NCBI GenBank assembly: GCA_009914755.4 | Contig: CP086569.2 | Span: 8,480,001 to 8,544,000 of the forward strand | DNA: 64,000 bases | Reading direction: 5' to 3' | Source of the DNA: the human T2T-CHM13v2.0 reference genome, Homo sapiens | Shown here: positions 11,029 through 26,453 of the stretch, in pieces | Position numbering within the stretch: position 1 is the stretch's first letter | Layout: each line of letters starts with the position of its first letter | Position numbers and translations under genes: made by a program | Notes under the pieces: model-generated | What the model was told of the DNA's origin: nothing | Databases searched by the model: none | The model's input: the letters and a program-made list of their open reading frames with translations, nothing else

Positions 11029-12014
11029 ATCCATATGCAATCTTGTGCTGCATAGTCTGTCAATTCCACTGATCCTCAGTGGATGCAATTTTGTTCCATG
11101 TCACATATTTGGCAATGTTTGGGACATTTTTGGCTGTCACAACCTGGGGTGAGAGGAGACAGGGAGAGATTCTACTTGCATCTAATGGGTACATGTCAGG
11201 GATTTTGCCAATGGTCTTGCTATGCACAGTCCAGACCCTCATCCCCAACAAGGAAAAAGAATTATCCAGCCCACGGTACCTATAGTGCACAGGTTTAAAA
11301 AATTCTGGTCTGGCCTAAAAGCATGTAAAAATGTACAGATAATTCAAGCAATTCTGTATCATATCACTGATCATTAGCATGCCATAAGTCCTTACAGTAT
11401 ATATGAGAAAGTTTTACAGAAAAATGCTAGAAATTTTTTTTTTCTGATGGTATACAATCTACTCTTATTAAGAAAATTGCAAAGTAGAGAGTCTTACAAT
11501 GCACCCAAAGTAATATATTTTTTCTTGAGAAATGACAAGGAGGATTTGATTAAGAATATATATTTATATTTGTAGTTATTGTTATAATTATATCTGCCCC
11601 GAATATTTTTATTCTATTACTTGCTATCCATCATTCTATTCAATTTTTTTTTTTTTTTTTTGCTACCTGTACTTGAGTAATAGAGAAGCTGCCATGTTTT
11701 ATCAATATAAGCTTTGAACCTGGAAATTTGCACTGGGAGTGTGAATCTACTCTTTCTTTCCCTATGGCTACTAAACTATTATATGCAATGTACCAGGTAT
11801 TTCTAAGGCTTTCGATTACATGAATTGAAGAAGTGCTGAAGCTCTCGAGGGAAACAGAGATAAGCAAAAAGAGGAGGAAGCTGTGTAATAAGCTTTTCTG
11901 TGCATTATGAATGTATTTTCCACTCTGGCAATTTTTCAAAGTGGGAAATAAAAAATAAAGTTGCTCTTTGCATATTGGCAATGATAGACTGCTGTTTCTT
12001 TCTTTTTTTTCTCC

Positions 12015-12309
12015 TTTTTTTTTTTTTGAGACAGTTTCTCTCTTATTGGCCAGGCTGCAGGGCAATGGTGCGATCTTGCCTCACCGCAACTTCCGCCTCC
12101 CGGGTTCTATCAATTCTCCTACCTCAGCCTCCTGGGTAGCTAGGATTACAGGCAGGCACCACTACGCCCGGCTAATTTTTGTATTTTTTAGTAGAGACTG
12201 GGTTTCACCATGTTGGTCAGGCTGGTCTCCATCTCCTGACCTCAATTGATCCACCTGCCTCAGCCTCCCAAAGTGCTGGGATGACAGGCTTGTGGCACCG
12301 CACCCCGCC
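12015..12309 (-). repeat. Alu SINE
   Basis: T13 then gagacagtttctctcttattggccaggctgcagggcaatggtgcgatc...gcctcccaaagtgctgggatgacaggcttgtggcaccgcaccccgcc. Confidence 0.9.
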
Positions 12310-12759
12310 GACTGTTGTTTCTTTGAATGAGAAACACTGGAAATAGATTTTAATGAGAGAACATGAAGATCAAGATTATTTTAGTCATATATTCATATAT
12401 GTGCACACACACTTACACCTTTACACATATAAATCCATAATGTATATGTTATCTGCTGCTTCGCTACTTTCACTCATGAATGTCTTGTAAACTCCTTTTT
12501 ATTTCCACTTACATCACTATTTTCATAACTGCTGAACGGTTCCTGGCTTGATGGCTCTTTACTAAGCTATGTTTTCTTGTTTGGAATTTAGGTGCTTTGT
12601 TACCAGAAGCTCCCTGATAAAACAATGCTGCAGTGATCATGCTTGTGCATACTCTTTATGAATTTTTTGCTATCATCTCCAGAAATATTTCTAGAAGATC
12701 TGTTTGGCCAAATGACATTTAATTTAAACAATTTTGAAGCACAATGCTAATTTCCCTTC

Positions 12760-13969
<1,210 letters not shown>

Positions 13970-14653
13970 TTTTTCTTTTCTTTTCTAAATGTATTATGTA
14001 GCAATTGTTAGAAAATAATTTTTGTATGTATTCAAGTTATAAAACATGATGTTATAAGATACATATAGAAGAGCAGAAAATCTATCAATTTGAAAATATT
14101 TTTAAATAACTGTCAAAACCTGCATCCTAATTTTGTGCACATATAAATTTTAAATTTTTCAATTACTTTTACAATTAAACATATGGCTTTTAATTTGAAT
14201 CACATATTACACATTTTCAGAAAGCACTCATATTTAAATGAAGGTATAAGTTTATAAATTGCCTCATTGACATCTACCAGAATGACCATATTTCTCTCCT
14301 CCTTTGGCTTGTTAACATGGTAAAGTATATTTATGCAATTCTTCACAGGATTCCCGATTTTGAATGTTTTTCATTCTCAGAATGTCTCCCACTTCATCAT
14401 TATGTATTATTTTATTGGTATACTGTTGGATTACGTTTACAAATATTTTCAAATACCTGATTTCAGACTTTTGCATTGACATATTTTTCTGTAGATTTAT
14501 TTGCATTTATTATTGTCATTAGGTTGATTTGGGTGTTAGTATTATATTTTCTTAATGAAACAATTAGAAATGTTTTGTTGTCGTCCACACTCTGAAACAG
14601 TTTAAAATGTGTGGAAATTATATTGGTTAAAGGAGTGACATTTCTAGCCATAG

Positions 14654-14658
<5 letters not shown>

Positions 14659-14686
<28 letters not shown>
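14659..14686. repeat. (GA)n microsatellite
   Basis: gagagagagagagagagagagagagaga. Confidence 0.95.
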
Positions 14687-14692
<6 letters not shown>

Positions 14693-14751
14693 CAAAATCT
14701 GGATTTCCTTACTCTTCTACCTTCTCTTTGTTTTTACATTTATAAAATCAT

Positions 14752-15070
14752 TATAATAATTGATACGATTTGGCTGTGTCCCCACCCAAATCTCCTCTTG
14801 AATTGTAGCCTCCATAATTCCCATGTGTTTCAGGAGGGACCTAGTGGCAGATAATTGAACCACAGGGGCTATTTCTCCCATACTGTTCTTGTGGTAGTCA
14901 ATAAGTCTCATGAAATCTGATGATTTTATAAGGGGAAACCCTTTTCTCTTGGTTCTCATATTCTCTCTTGTCTGACACGATGTAAAATGTGCCTTTTGCC
15001 TTCTGCCATACTGTGAGACCTCCCCAGCCATGACTTAAGGGCTCTTAAGCCCAATTGAGTTAGTGCTCTT
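14752..15070 (+). repeat. solo MaLR LTR (THE1/MST-type)
   Basis: acgatttggctgtgtccccacccaaatctcctcttgaattgtagcctccataattcccatgtg...ggagggacctagtgg...ataagtctcatgaaatctgatgattttataagg...cctccccagccatg, the THE1 consensus in + orientation. Confidence 0.7.
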
Positions 15071-16351
15071 TTTGGGCAATGAAAATTTTCTGCAACTGGA
15101 TTCTTAGGATGATTGCACAACTGCATAAATTAACTAAATATCATTAAATTGCACAATTTATAACTCATAACCTTTATGGTGTGTTAATTATACCTCAATA
15201 AAGCTGTTAAAGTGAAGAAAAGATAGAAAACAGTTTATGCAAATAATGGTAAGAAATGATAGATTTGGTGATTTCAGGTGAGAGAATGTGGAATGAAAAC
15301 ATTTTATCATAATACCCAAGGCTCTGCATTGAGTACCAGGGATTACAGTCTTGAAATTCACTGTACTGATGGACACAGGAGGAGAAATGAGATCCACAGG
15401 AGAAGATAAATTCATGTTTAACAGTTGAGTTGGAAGTGCTAGTGAGATTTTCAAGTGGATGTCTGTGAGGCAGTTCAGTATAAGAGTTGGAGATTAAGAG
15501 ACTGGTCCAAACGGTAATTTGGATTTGGAAGTTCTCTTCATTAGTATTAGTGTTTTTCACCCTTTCCAAATAAGTAACTCTTGCAATCTTTCTTAATCTG
15601 CTTTATTTCTCTAATATCTCATATTTTTACCCTTTATATTCAATACTCTATATAAGAAATAATTGCTACTGGTAATATGTGTTTTCAAACTACATATTCT
15701 CCCCCATCATGCACTTCTAGATACTTTGATAATTCCTCTAGGGGTTTTTATTGAAACATTTCATCTATGGTAACTGAATCCATTGGAGTGGTGGAATTTG
15801 CTCACAGCACAATGAGAAGGGACCATAGATCAAAAGGCTGAGAAATATAGAAATATTGCTAATGAACTTATGGGAATAGCTTCAGAGGACCAGAAGGAAC
15901 CAAATTCCAGTTACAGTGGGAAGTTGGCTGTGAAGCAATTTTCAGGTAAGACAGAGAAAAGATATAGGGCAGTAGCTGGTGGGAATGGAGAGATGCAAAG
16001 GTTAAGATTAAAAATATGTTAGTGTATTTATATGTAGATGTGACAGATAAATGATATAACTGGAGATTAACAAAGCATGAATATTTAAAAAGTTAATTCC
16101 CTTAAAAGATGAAAGATGAAAGGAATTTGGTGCTGATACTTAACAGACAGTTTATTCTATTATAACCTAAAGAAAGGATGAAAGAATAGCTGCTCATACA
16201 CAGATATTCATAGTTGTTCCTCTGTGTTCATCCCCAATCTCATCATTTTCTATTTGAAATTTTGGGGATATTGGCTCCATTACATTGTAATTATTTATAA
16301 CATATTAGATTGTAATTATATATAAACTATTTTGCTCATTTTTCAAGGGTA

Positions 16352-16354
<3 letters not shown>

Positions 16355-16388
<34 letters not shown>
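16355..16388. repeat. (TG)n microsatellite
   Basis: A 17-unit tg run. Confidence 0.95.
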
Positions 16389-16390
<2 letters not shown>

Positions 16391-18053
16391 ATATATTCTA
16401 TAATCACCAAATAATGCTTTATGGATCAGTACATTGTTTTCTACACAGTAACCCTTGACTTGTAGCTCTAGAAGAGTTGCTTCAAGACTCTGTTTAGGAA
16501 GCTGGCCCAGAAAAGACGTGGTGATACATTTAGTCCTGTGGCTGTTCCTCTAGCCCTCCCTTCCCTGTAGAGAGCTGAGGTCAAGGAATACAAAACAAGA
16601 AGGGTGTGCTATTTCTCATGATTTGCTTTTGCTTCCTGTCCCCAGCATTCTAAGCTGAGACCTATCAATGGAAATCTTAATAACTTAGTAACTGGCTCAC
16701 ATCGGCCAGGAAGCTTAGTTCTGTTTTCAGATGATGGGTCATATTTCTGTTTCTTGGTATTCATATTGCCAGTGGTGCTAAAATGAGACACCAACTGCAG
16801 GTTCCTTCCAACTGCAAGAGAAATATAGTTCAGAGCATGGACTATGGCCGACAGGATTAGTATCTTCATATTTGTTCCTTAAGATGAATTTTCCAAAATT
16901 CATTGACTTCTCACATTACATTTAGATTTTTATTGGCAATTTTTGAGGTCGTTAATCACTAGTTCATTTTGCTAATCCCACACCATTGAGCACCAGTCAG
17001 TTGCACAGCATTGATTCAAGTGTTGTGAGGCAGCAAAGGTTAACTAGATGAAGTTTATCCCTGACAGGAGATAAAGGTTTCACTGATAAATAAGTGCATA
17101 TTTCAAAAATAAAATAGAGGACTGCATACATTTTCTTAGTGTAGTCTAAGGGAGGCCTCATGATGTAGGGAAAAGAACATTAATTTCACAGTAATATGGA
17201 CCCAAGTGTGTCACTTAAATATTTTTTGACCTGGGACAATTTATTGAACTTCAAGTCCCAATTTTTTCAACTGTAAAGTGGAAATGATGAAAATTCCTAC
17301 CTAAGTGGTTCACGTGTGTGCGTATGTGCATGCAGTGAGCAAATAAAATAATATGCAAAGCACTGTGGAATATAGTAGGACTTCAGTATATTTTTACTTA
17401 GTCTCTTGTCCCTGCCAAACCATCCCAACATCTTAAGTAGTTAATTCCTCAGAAGTCAGAGGAACATAAAATATTTGGTGATATTGTACTTCTTTGATGA
17501 ATTATCCAACTTTAAAAAGTACATGACAATACATATAGTTCTCTCAAAATTCAAAATAATGTCCTTACTAAAACAATTTAGAGTGGTGACTTACAATGTC
17601 CTTCCATACTGCTTCAGAGATTTGGCTTATATTATCAAGAATAGCATTTTATTTAAAAAGCTCATCCTCAGCTATTACTGATTTAGGAGTAGCAGATATA
17701 TGGAAACTTTAACACTCTATTGAATGGGATTATACATTTTTCTCTAGCCCACATAACTCATATTTCCAGGATCTTTCTAAATTCTTCAACTTCTGATTAA
17801 TGATGTGGATAGCATGGCTCCAGGTAGTGTTCCCCTATCTGACCATGCCACAGACTCACTTTCAATTGCCCTTCAGAAAGCATTAGGCAGCATTTTGGCA
17901 AAACTTCCTTTAGTAAGGAATACTGGATAGGAAGATTGTAATTTATAATTCTAAAACTACATAAAAAGTTCACACACACATATCCAAGGACTCTGGATTG
18001 CTGACATATATATATATCTCACTTTAGATATGAGCTATAATCAGTCATTATAT

Positions 18054-18221
18054 AGTACTGCTATAAGGATGACTGAGATATATGCAAATTATCTATTGTA
18101 AACACTGACACATAGCAGAACAAATATTTGCTGAAATGAATTTTTCCATTTAATCATGTGAGGATGTTGCAATTCAATTTAAGTAACTTTCTCAAGGTCA
18201 TACAGATTTTAATAACAGTTG

Positions 18222-18224
<3 letters not shown>
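18054..18224 (+). repeat. copy A of a roughly 171-bp direct duplication (paired with 21346-21522)
   Basis: agtactgctataaggatgactgagat...aaatatttgctgaaatgaatttttccatttaatcatgtgaggatgttgcaattcaatttaagtaactttctcaaggtcatacagattttaataacagttgtat. Contains a MIR-like core (...aaatatttgctgaa.tgaat). Confidence 0.8.

Positions 18225-18226
<2 letters not shown>

Positions 18227-18253
<27 letters not shown>
18227..18253. repeat. (TG)n microsatellite abutting copy A
   Basis: atgtgtgtgtgtgtgtgtgtgtgtgtg. Confidence 0.9.
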
Positions 18254-19854
18254 AGCAATCCAGAGTTCTCTTATATTTTATATATAAAATGACCTTATGT
18301 AATTGTGTGTTGGGGGTGTGTGTGTTTGTGTATAAATTAAACTTATATAGGCTCTCTTTCAGTTATTAATTGACATCAATTTTTTTCTGGAGCACAGTAT
18401 TATTAATTACAAAAATAACTGGCAAATTTCTCATTAAGGATAAATGTGAACTGAGAAGACTAGATAAATCATTGTCTGCCTCATTCAGATTGAAGGAAAC
18501 ATCTAGACTCTGGAGGGAGCCATGAAAAACATGTATATTATATAGTTTTATGTTTTAGTAGCTTCACCTCGTTCTATTAAGCCTCTAACTCAACTGTAAT
18601 CATAAAAGGTTAATATTGAGATAAAACCTAAAGACATAAATTAGGCTTTGCCATTACTTGCCCCCAAAGGAGACTTAAGCTATGTAATACTTGATCAGCA
18701 GGACTCTTCTTTATTATTAAAGAAATGAAGATACGCTGCATTGAATGATATTATTGGAAATGCCTAAATTTTCTCATCATCTTACAACTGCTTAAAATTG
18801 CTGTTGCAGATTTCTGTAGGCAAAATCTTAGGTCCCAGAGTACCCCTGCAGAATGTTATGGAGTATTAATAGGTAATGTGTTTCAGTTAAGCACAAAAAT
18901 ATACTTAAATAGCCATATTGAGTATTTTCAGGATGAAATGAGATATTTTATTTTTATTCTACTATAAAGAAGGGTCAATCTGAAATGGTGTGCTGGAATT
19001 ACAGGCTAAAAATCAAAACTGAGGCATCATCAAAAATATTTCTCATTTATGAACATTTCATGATATTAAAACACCAATTATCTATCATATCTTGCTCCTT
19101 GTGTAGCTTCAGTTTTCAGTATTAGATATTACCACTTCACATTTGCTATTCATCAATTTTAAAAGCAACACTTTTCTAATAAAAATTGTTGCATTATCCT
19201 TGGCAAAGGCATGGCACTGTTGGATTGCCACATATATCATCAACTTATTCTAAGAAGAAATCCCCAGGTTTTAACTAATGAATATGCAGCTCTCTCAGAG
19301 GTAAAATAATTTCACACAAATCTTTCTTAGAATTTTGTTTTCTAAAAAAATGTTAAATTTAATTTAAAGATTTCAAAAGTTTTTTTCTTCAACATTTGTG
19401 CTAAAATAGTATGTTCCTAAGACTTTAAAAATATATAAACCTTAACTGTTTTAATTTGTGGCACAAAGATGTAATGGTACATAGCATAGGTTTCTAGAGC
19501 AGTGACATTTATTTAATCTTAAACATTTTTCTTTTAAAGCTTCCTTTTAATATTCAACTAACAATCTCAATTATAAGACTATGATTTTAATTTGATCATC
19601 ATATATAACTCTACAAACAATTACCAGTGGTTATGATTATTCAGATTTTTCATCAAAACACAGGGGGAAAGAATAGACAACAATGTAATTACTGAAATGT
19701 TATGCTTTGTCAAAAAAATTACATCAAATTTAAAGTAATAGTATGTTTGGTGAGTACTTTCTAATTTATAAAGCACTTTCACATTTTTGCCCATTTGGTC
19801 CTCTTAATGTGAGGAAACAGGGAGGGCCTCAATAATTTTCTGATACTCAAAAAC

Positions 19855-21295
19855 AACAAAGCTGAAGGCATAACTCTATGGGTATACTTCAAGGAATACT
19901 ACAAGGATATAGTAACCAAAACAACATGGTACTGGTCGAAAAACAGACACATTAGATCAATAGAACAGAATAGAGAACTCAGAAATAAGACCACACACCT
20001 GCAACCATCTGATATTTGATGAACCTGACAAAAACAAGCAATGGGGAAAGGATTTAATAAATGGTGCTGGGAGAACTGGGCAGCCATATGCAGAATTGAA
20101 AAAGGACTTCTTCCTTATACCTTAGGCAAAAATTAAGATGGATTGAAGGTTTAAATATAAAACTCAAAACTATAACAACCCTACAAGAATATCTAGGTAA
20201 TACTATTCAGGACATAGGCATGGGCAAAGATTTCATGATGAAAAAGCCAAAAGCAATTGCAACAGAAGCAAAAATTGACACATGGGATCTAATTAAACTA
20301 AAAAGCTTCTGCAAAGCAAAAGAAACTATCATCAGAGTAAAACAGAAAGCCTACAGAATGAGAGAAAACTTTTGCACCCTATCCATCTGACAAAGGTCTA
20401 ATATCCAGAGACTACAAGAAAGTTAAACAAATTTAGGAGAAAAAACAAACAACTTCATTAAAAGTGTACAAAGGACATGAACAGACACTTCTTACAAGAA
20501 GAAATTCATGTGACCAACAAACATATTTAAAAAAAAAAACCAGGATCGCTGATCATTAGAGAAATGCAAATCAAAACCACAGTGAGATGTCATCTCATGC
20601 CAGTTAGAATGACAATAATTAAAAGGTCAAGAAACAACAGATGCTGGAGAGGTTGTGCAGATAAAAGAATGCTTTCACACTGTTGGTGGGAATCTAAATT
20701 AGCTCAACCATTGTGGAAGACAGTGTGGTGATTCCTCAAAGATCTCGAAGCAGGAATACAATTTGACACGGCAATCCCATTATTGGGTATATACCCAAAG
20801 AAATATAAATCATTCTATTGTAAAGATGTATGCATGCTTATATTCACTGTAGTACTATTCACAGTAGCAAAGATGTGGAATCAACCCAAATGCCCATCAA
20901 TGATAGACTGGATAAAGAAACTGTGGTACCTATACACCATGGGATACTATGAAGCCATAAAAAGGAACAAGATCATGTCCTCTGCAGGGACATGGATGGA
21001 GCTGGAATCTGTTATCTTCATCAAACTAATGCAGGAACAGAAATCCAAACACCACATGTTCTCACCTATAAGAGGGAGCTGAATAATGAGAACATGTGGG
21101 CACACAGGGGAGACAACACACACTGGGGTCCAGAGGGTGAGGGGAGGGAGAATATCAGGAAGAATAGTTAATGGATGCTGGACTTAATACCTAGGTGATG
21201 GGTTGACCTGTGCAGCAAACCTCCACGGCACATCTTTGCCTATGTAATAAACCTGCACATCCTGCACATGTACCCCAGAACTTAAAAGTTGAAGA
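19855..21295 (+). mobile_element. L1 LINE 3' fragment (ORF2 C-terminal region plus 3' UTR), 5'-truncated
   Basis: ...atgcaaatcaaaaccacagtgagat...gggtatatacccaaag..., ORF 20783-21082 ...VAKMWNQPKCPSMIDWIKKLWYLYTMGYYEAIKRNKIMS.AGTWMELE...HHMFS..., and a 3' end ...gcacatgtaccccagaacttaaaag. Confidence 0.9.
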
Positions 21296-21345
21296 AAACA
21301 TTTGTTTTTTCTGCTATTAAATTAGGATAATCCCTCTTATCAGAC

Positions 21346-21522
21346 AGTACTGCTATAAAGATGACTGAGATGTCTGCAAATCATCTACTGTAAACACTGA
21401 CACATCATGGGTGCTCAGCAAATATTTGCTGAAATGAATTTTTCCATTTAATCATGTGAGGATATTGCAATTCAATTTAAGTAACTTTCTCAAGGTCATA
21501 CAGATTTTAATAACAGTTGTAT
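21346..21522 (+). repeat. copy B of the direct duplication (paired with 18054-18224)
   Basis: About 95% identical to copy A over about 171 bp. One indel block separates them: catcatgggtgctcagc in B against catagcagaac in A. Confidence 0.8.
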
Positions 21523-22924
21523 TGTTAGAAGTCAAGTCTTCATGATTCAGCTGAATTACTGCTAAATATGAAGACTAAAATGTCACTATCAGTTCACTTT
21601 TATGCTATTGTATTAATCAATGTGATTTAGACATTAAATTTATTTTAGTTAATGTTAGTAATATATCTCAAAGAACAAATGAATTAAAGTATGTTTCAAA
21701 ATTGTTATAACTTAAACATGAAACACATTCAAATCACAAATTTGACTTATATCACTTAGCCTTGTAGTATGAAGATAGTAGAATGAATAAATTGTTAACA
21801 ACAACAATTTATTTATCACTTATTTTGGCCCAGAAACCTAAATGGTTTACAGGGGTCATCTAAATTAATCCTTTCAACATCTTAATAAGGCTATTCTCAT
21901 TATCATTTTGTGATCTAGACAAATAAAGTTCAGTGACAGGTTAAGTGACTTTGTAAAGGTAAATGAAGTAGGAAGTAGGGAAAGAAGGAATTTTAACCCA
22001 AGCACACTGACTCTAGTCTAGAGTTCATAATCTGAATCCCCATAATCCGTAGCTTCTGTGGAGGGTATGTAGGTAAGAATGGCTCCATTGAAGTGCAGAG
22101 AAATCCACAGTTCAAAGCAAGAGGATCAAAACTTGACTGTTAGGACAATATGGAAAAGAGGAATTAGAATGTTTGGAAGAACAAGGGAAATGTAAACGGA
22201 CAGCAGAATAGGCATGCAATTTTGCACAGCAGTCTTGCATGAGAGTGTAAAAGCTGAGGGCTATGTGAAGATTGTACTTCTGCATCTGTCACAAGGCTGA
22301 GGTGTGTAGAGAGGTTGATAGTTCTATGAAAGGACATTCCAGAATGTTCTGGCATGTTCTACAATAAAGACATCAGCTGACAGGTTAGGGAAAGTGTGCA
22401 GCTGTAACCCAGTGGGCCAAGGAAGGGAGCTGAGGTTGTATATCAGTGTGTAGTCATGGTGCAGGGAGAGCTACAATGGTGCAAAAATAAAGGAGTGAAG
22501 CCTTTTCAGCTCATTTGTCTACATTAATTAGATTTCTGAAGCCAGATCAGTAGGACTCTGAAGACATGAGGGAGCAAGGAAGAATTCATTAAGTGAGAAT
22601 TGACAGGAATGAGAAGCCTACTAGAGTATAGTGGTAAACAAACCGAGTGTGTGTTGATCTGAATGTGTGGTCAATACTATATACACACACATTAAGCTAC
22701 ACTTCCAAATCTAGTTTGTCTTCAGGAGTATTTTTAAAATTTTATTATATCAGGATTCAAGTTGAAATTATCTAATATTATGTGTGAATTCTTCCATGAA
22801 ATTTAGTTTTATTTGGTAACACTTGTAGATAGCTCATATATAGCTGGATGACTATAATGTTTTGTTCCAAACATATGGTATCATAATGTGCTTGAGCTTT
22901 CATAATAAAATGTGATAGAATTGG

Positions 22925-23560
22925 TGGCATAAACAACAGAATTTTATGTCTCATAATTATGGAAGCTGGGAAGTCCAAGGTCAAAGCACCAGCAAATGGC
23001 TGGGTGTGGTGGCTCACACTTGTGATCCCAGCAATTTGGGAGGCTGAGGCAGGTGGTTCGCCTGAGGTCAGGAGATTGAGATCAGCTTGGCCAGCATGGT
23101 GAAACCCCATCTCCACTAAAAATCCAAAAAAATTAGCTGGGTGTGGTGGCACAGGCCTGTAATCCCAGATACTCAGGAGGCTGAGTCAGGAGAATCACTT
23201 GAACCCAGGAGGTGGGGGTTGCAGTGAAGCGAAATTGCACCATTGCACTCCATCCTGCGCAACAAAGCGATACTCCATCCGCAAAAGGAAAAAAAAAAAA
23301 AAGGTAACAGCAAATTAGGCCTCCTTCTGAAGCTTTTTCTCTTGGCTTATAGGCAGTTAACCGTCTCACAGTTTGCTCCCACTGCCTCTCTGGTGTTTCT
23401 TCTTATAAGGCCCATCATGAGGGCCCTACCCTTTTGTCATTTAACCCTGATGACTTCCAAAATGCTCTGTCTCCAAATGCTATCACGTTGGGGGTTAAGG
23501 ATTCAACATACGCACGTTGGAGGGACACAAACATCCAGTCCTTAACATATGGGAACTATG
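22925..23560. repeat. old interspersed LTR-like repeat (family uncertain) split by the Alu at 22998-23302
   Basis: gaagctgggaagtccaaggtcaaagcaccagcaaatg | Alu | ...ccctgatgacttccaaaatgctctgtctccaaatgctatcacgttgggggttaaggattcaacatacgcacgttggagggacacaaacatccagtcc. This is a motif common in human repeats. The family call is from memory only. Confidence 0.3.
22998..23302 (+). repeat. Alu SINE
   Basis: ggctgggtgtggtggctcacacttgtgatcccagcaatttgggaggctgaggcaggtgg ... gcactccatcctgcgcaacaaagcgatactccatccgcaaaagg followed by an A-tail. Confidence 0.95.
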
Positions 23561-25914
23561 TATACATATGGTGGAATTTATGCTAAATGCTGTGAAAAAG
23601 TTTCAAATATTTTCAAATAATTGTCAGATAAGATATTACTTGTTATGTTTTATTCAAACTTTCTATCTTCCTATAACTATGACCAAAAATGTATTCTCTA
23701 GATCTTGGTAATTTGTCTATGCTGTGCCATTATTTTTTCCTCTACTCAGAAATTTTGACCCATCAGCCAGACTTGTGTCTATCAAAAATAGGTGCAATGG
23801 TAGCAAGAGATTTAAACTGAGAGACAGTGATATAGAGTACAGTGTTAAATTTGACATTAATTTGCTATGTAACCTCCACTTGCTCTGTCTTAGCCTTCCT
23901 TTACTCATTAGAAAAAAAAATGTATGGTTGAAATGATTTATGGTTATTTTAATGAATCATTTGAATGACCAAATGACTGGGTTTTCTTGAGACTATTTTG
24001 GTTTTAGCCCCAAAAGTCCCACCTACCCGAAAACCTCTACCCTGTGATGTGAAAAAAACCCAGTTTCCCTTTATCATTAGAGAGGGATGGGGAGGAAATG
24101 GGCCACCCCTATAATAGGAGCTGAAAGTAATACTATTTTCAGTATTAAATGGGTAAGTATCAGATTATTTGTCATCTGTGTTTCTCTTGTTCCCCCTCCA
24201 CCCCTCCTTATTGCTAATGTTGCAACCCTGATCTGTGATAAACAGTAATAGGTCATCCACTATTGCCTCACTTTAAGATAATGCAGACAAAAGTGTCTGC
24301 AACTTATGTGTATTGTGTTAACAGTTCAGTTGTTAATTTGCCTGTTGTGCTTTGTATCAAGATATTATTAATTTAACTTTCTAACATTGTGAGTCATGCT
24401 ACCATGTTATGTAAAGTTCAGATAATGACAAAGATGATTGCAATATCAATGCAGAACTGGCTATCACTGAAAAAGAAGGCTGTGTGATTTTAATATTGAC
24501 AGAAGGACTCAGATAGGAAATAAATGAAGTAAACAACCCAAACAGAGAATACTGTGCAATATGCAGAAAATAATTTGAGATTAAGCATAATGCAGAAAGA
24601 GATGTGAAACACATATGTAGAATGAATTTCATAAGTCTTGGGTGAGACAGGTGAGAAATGTTTTTGGCTCCCCAAAAGACACCAATGGTTAGTTGAAAAC
24701 ACTTGCCACTGAATTAACCTGGGCATACCACATAAAAGTACATTCATGATCATAACATTCCTTTGATTGCTCTATAAATCTGAATAAACTTACATTTCAG
24801 ATTTTCTTCAGAGGTTTCAACTAAATGCACTTTATAGGTAAAAAAAGGGATTTGATAATGGATGTGTTTGTTTATTACAGTGTAAAGCTGACTCTGTCCA
24901 TTTTTTTTTTACCAAATATCATGCTTTCTACAGTATATTACTTGATACTTTATATCATAGCAACAAGTCTTCTCTATCTTTTAGGTGTTTTGATTTGAAA
25001 TAGAGAATTTCAAAAATCATCCTATATGAAGATTTTAATAATGATATAGGAAACATAAAACAAAAGATATAAATTAGATTTTACTCATTTATCTGCATAT
25101 TCAGCAGACAGTACAAAGCTAAATTTTGGCAAATTTATTTCAATGTATACACTTCTTACCAAAGAACATTAAAAGATCTTATCTAGCGAATATTCTGTAG
25201 GCCTTAGCCACAGTACTTCTGAAAAAGTGTGCAACTTGTGTCATTAAGGCTTTTGTAATGGAATGTTTTTGTTTCCCAAAACGTGCAGCAGTATTTGATG
25301 CATTGGTTTTTTTACTTTACAGAAACAGAATTCATCTGTAGACCTTTGCTTGCAAGATAACTCCCATCATTGTTGCTGCCTGTAAAAAAAGATTAAAATT
25401 TTGTCCTGCCATAAAATCACATTTTCAAAGTGTGGCATAAAAAAAACTGCTGTTCTCTCATTTGAAAATACATTGATGATGAAAATGGAGGAAAATGACA
25501 ATAAAACATCCTGTATATGTTGTTTCTTTAAAACTCTTTGAGGATTTTTGATGGTGTCATAACTTACCTAGAAAAGGATGAACTGAATGACCCTGAGTTC
25601 TTCAATGTTATGTGTAGTTTCAATAAACACTCACAACCTAAAAGGGACTCACTTTTCAAAAATAACCCTGCTTCCAAACTCTAAATAGTGTTACCACAAT
25701 GGGGTTGTTAAATGGAACCTCCTCAATTTAGTTCAAAAAACTGTACATTATTTGATAATAAAAATATCTCATGTATTCTACAAATAAATAAACCTATTAT
25801 GTCACCACAAAAATAAAAAAAGAAACAACTTCAATTTTTACAAACTGTAATTACTTTTGTGCATTGTAACTGTTTCAAATTATCCTCTTCTCTATAATGT
25901 TTAAAAATTGCAGG

Positions 25915-26076
25915 CCTTTTAATACATGGATACCATATCTGATAAATTTGTGGCTGCAATAGTTCAGTTTGAGCAACAGCTGGTCTACCAAAATAAGCCT
26001 GTAGTTACAAAGTGGATGGGTATGTTTGGAGACCTAGAAATTAATTCTTGCAAGTCTGAAAACCTGCTCTCACCAG
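25915..26076 (+). other. candidate exon-like ORF segment (ATG at 25926, consensus GTAAGT donor at 26077); speculative
   Basis: ...tcctcttctctataatgtttaaaaattgcag|GCC...ATGGATACC...CTCTCACCA|gtaagtaaaatc. Open frame MDTISDKFVAAIVQFEQQLVYQNKPVVTKWMGMFGDLEINSCKSENLLSP. I recognise no homolog. Confidence 0.15.
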
Positions 26077-26083
26077 TAAGTAA

Positions 26084-26453
<370 letters not shown>

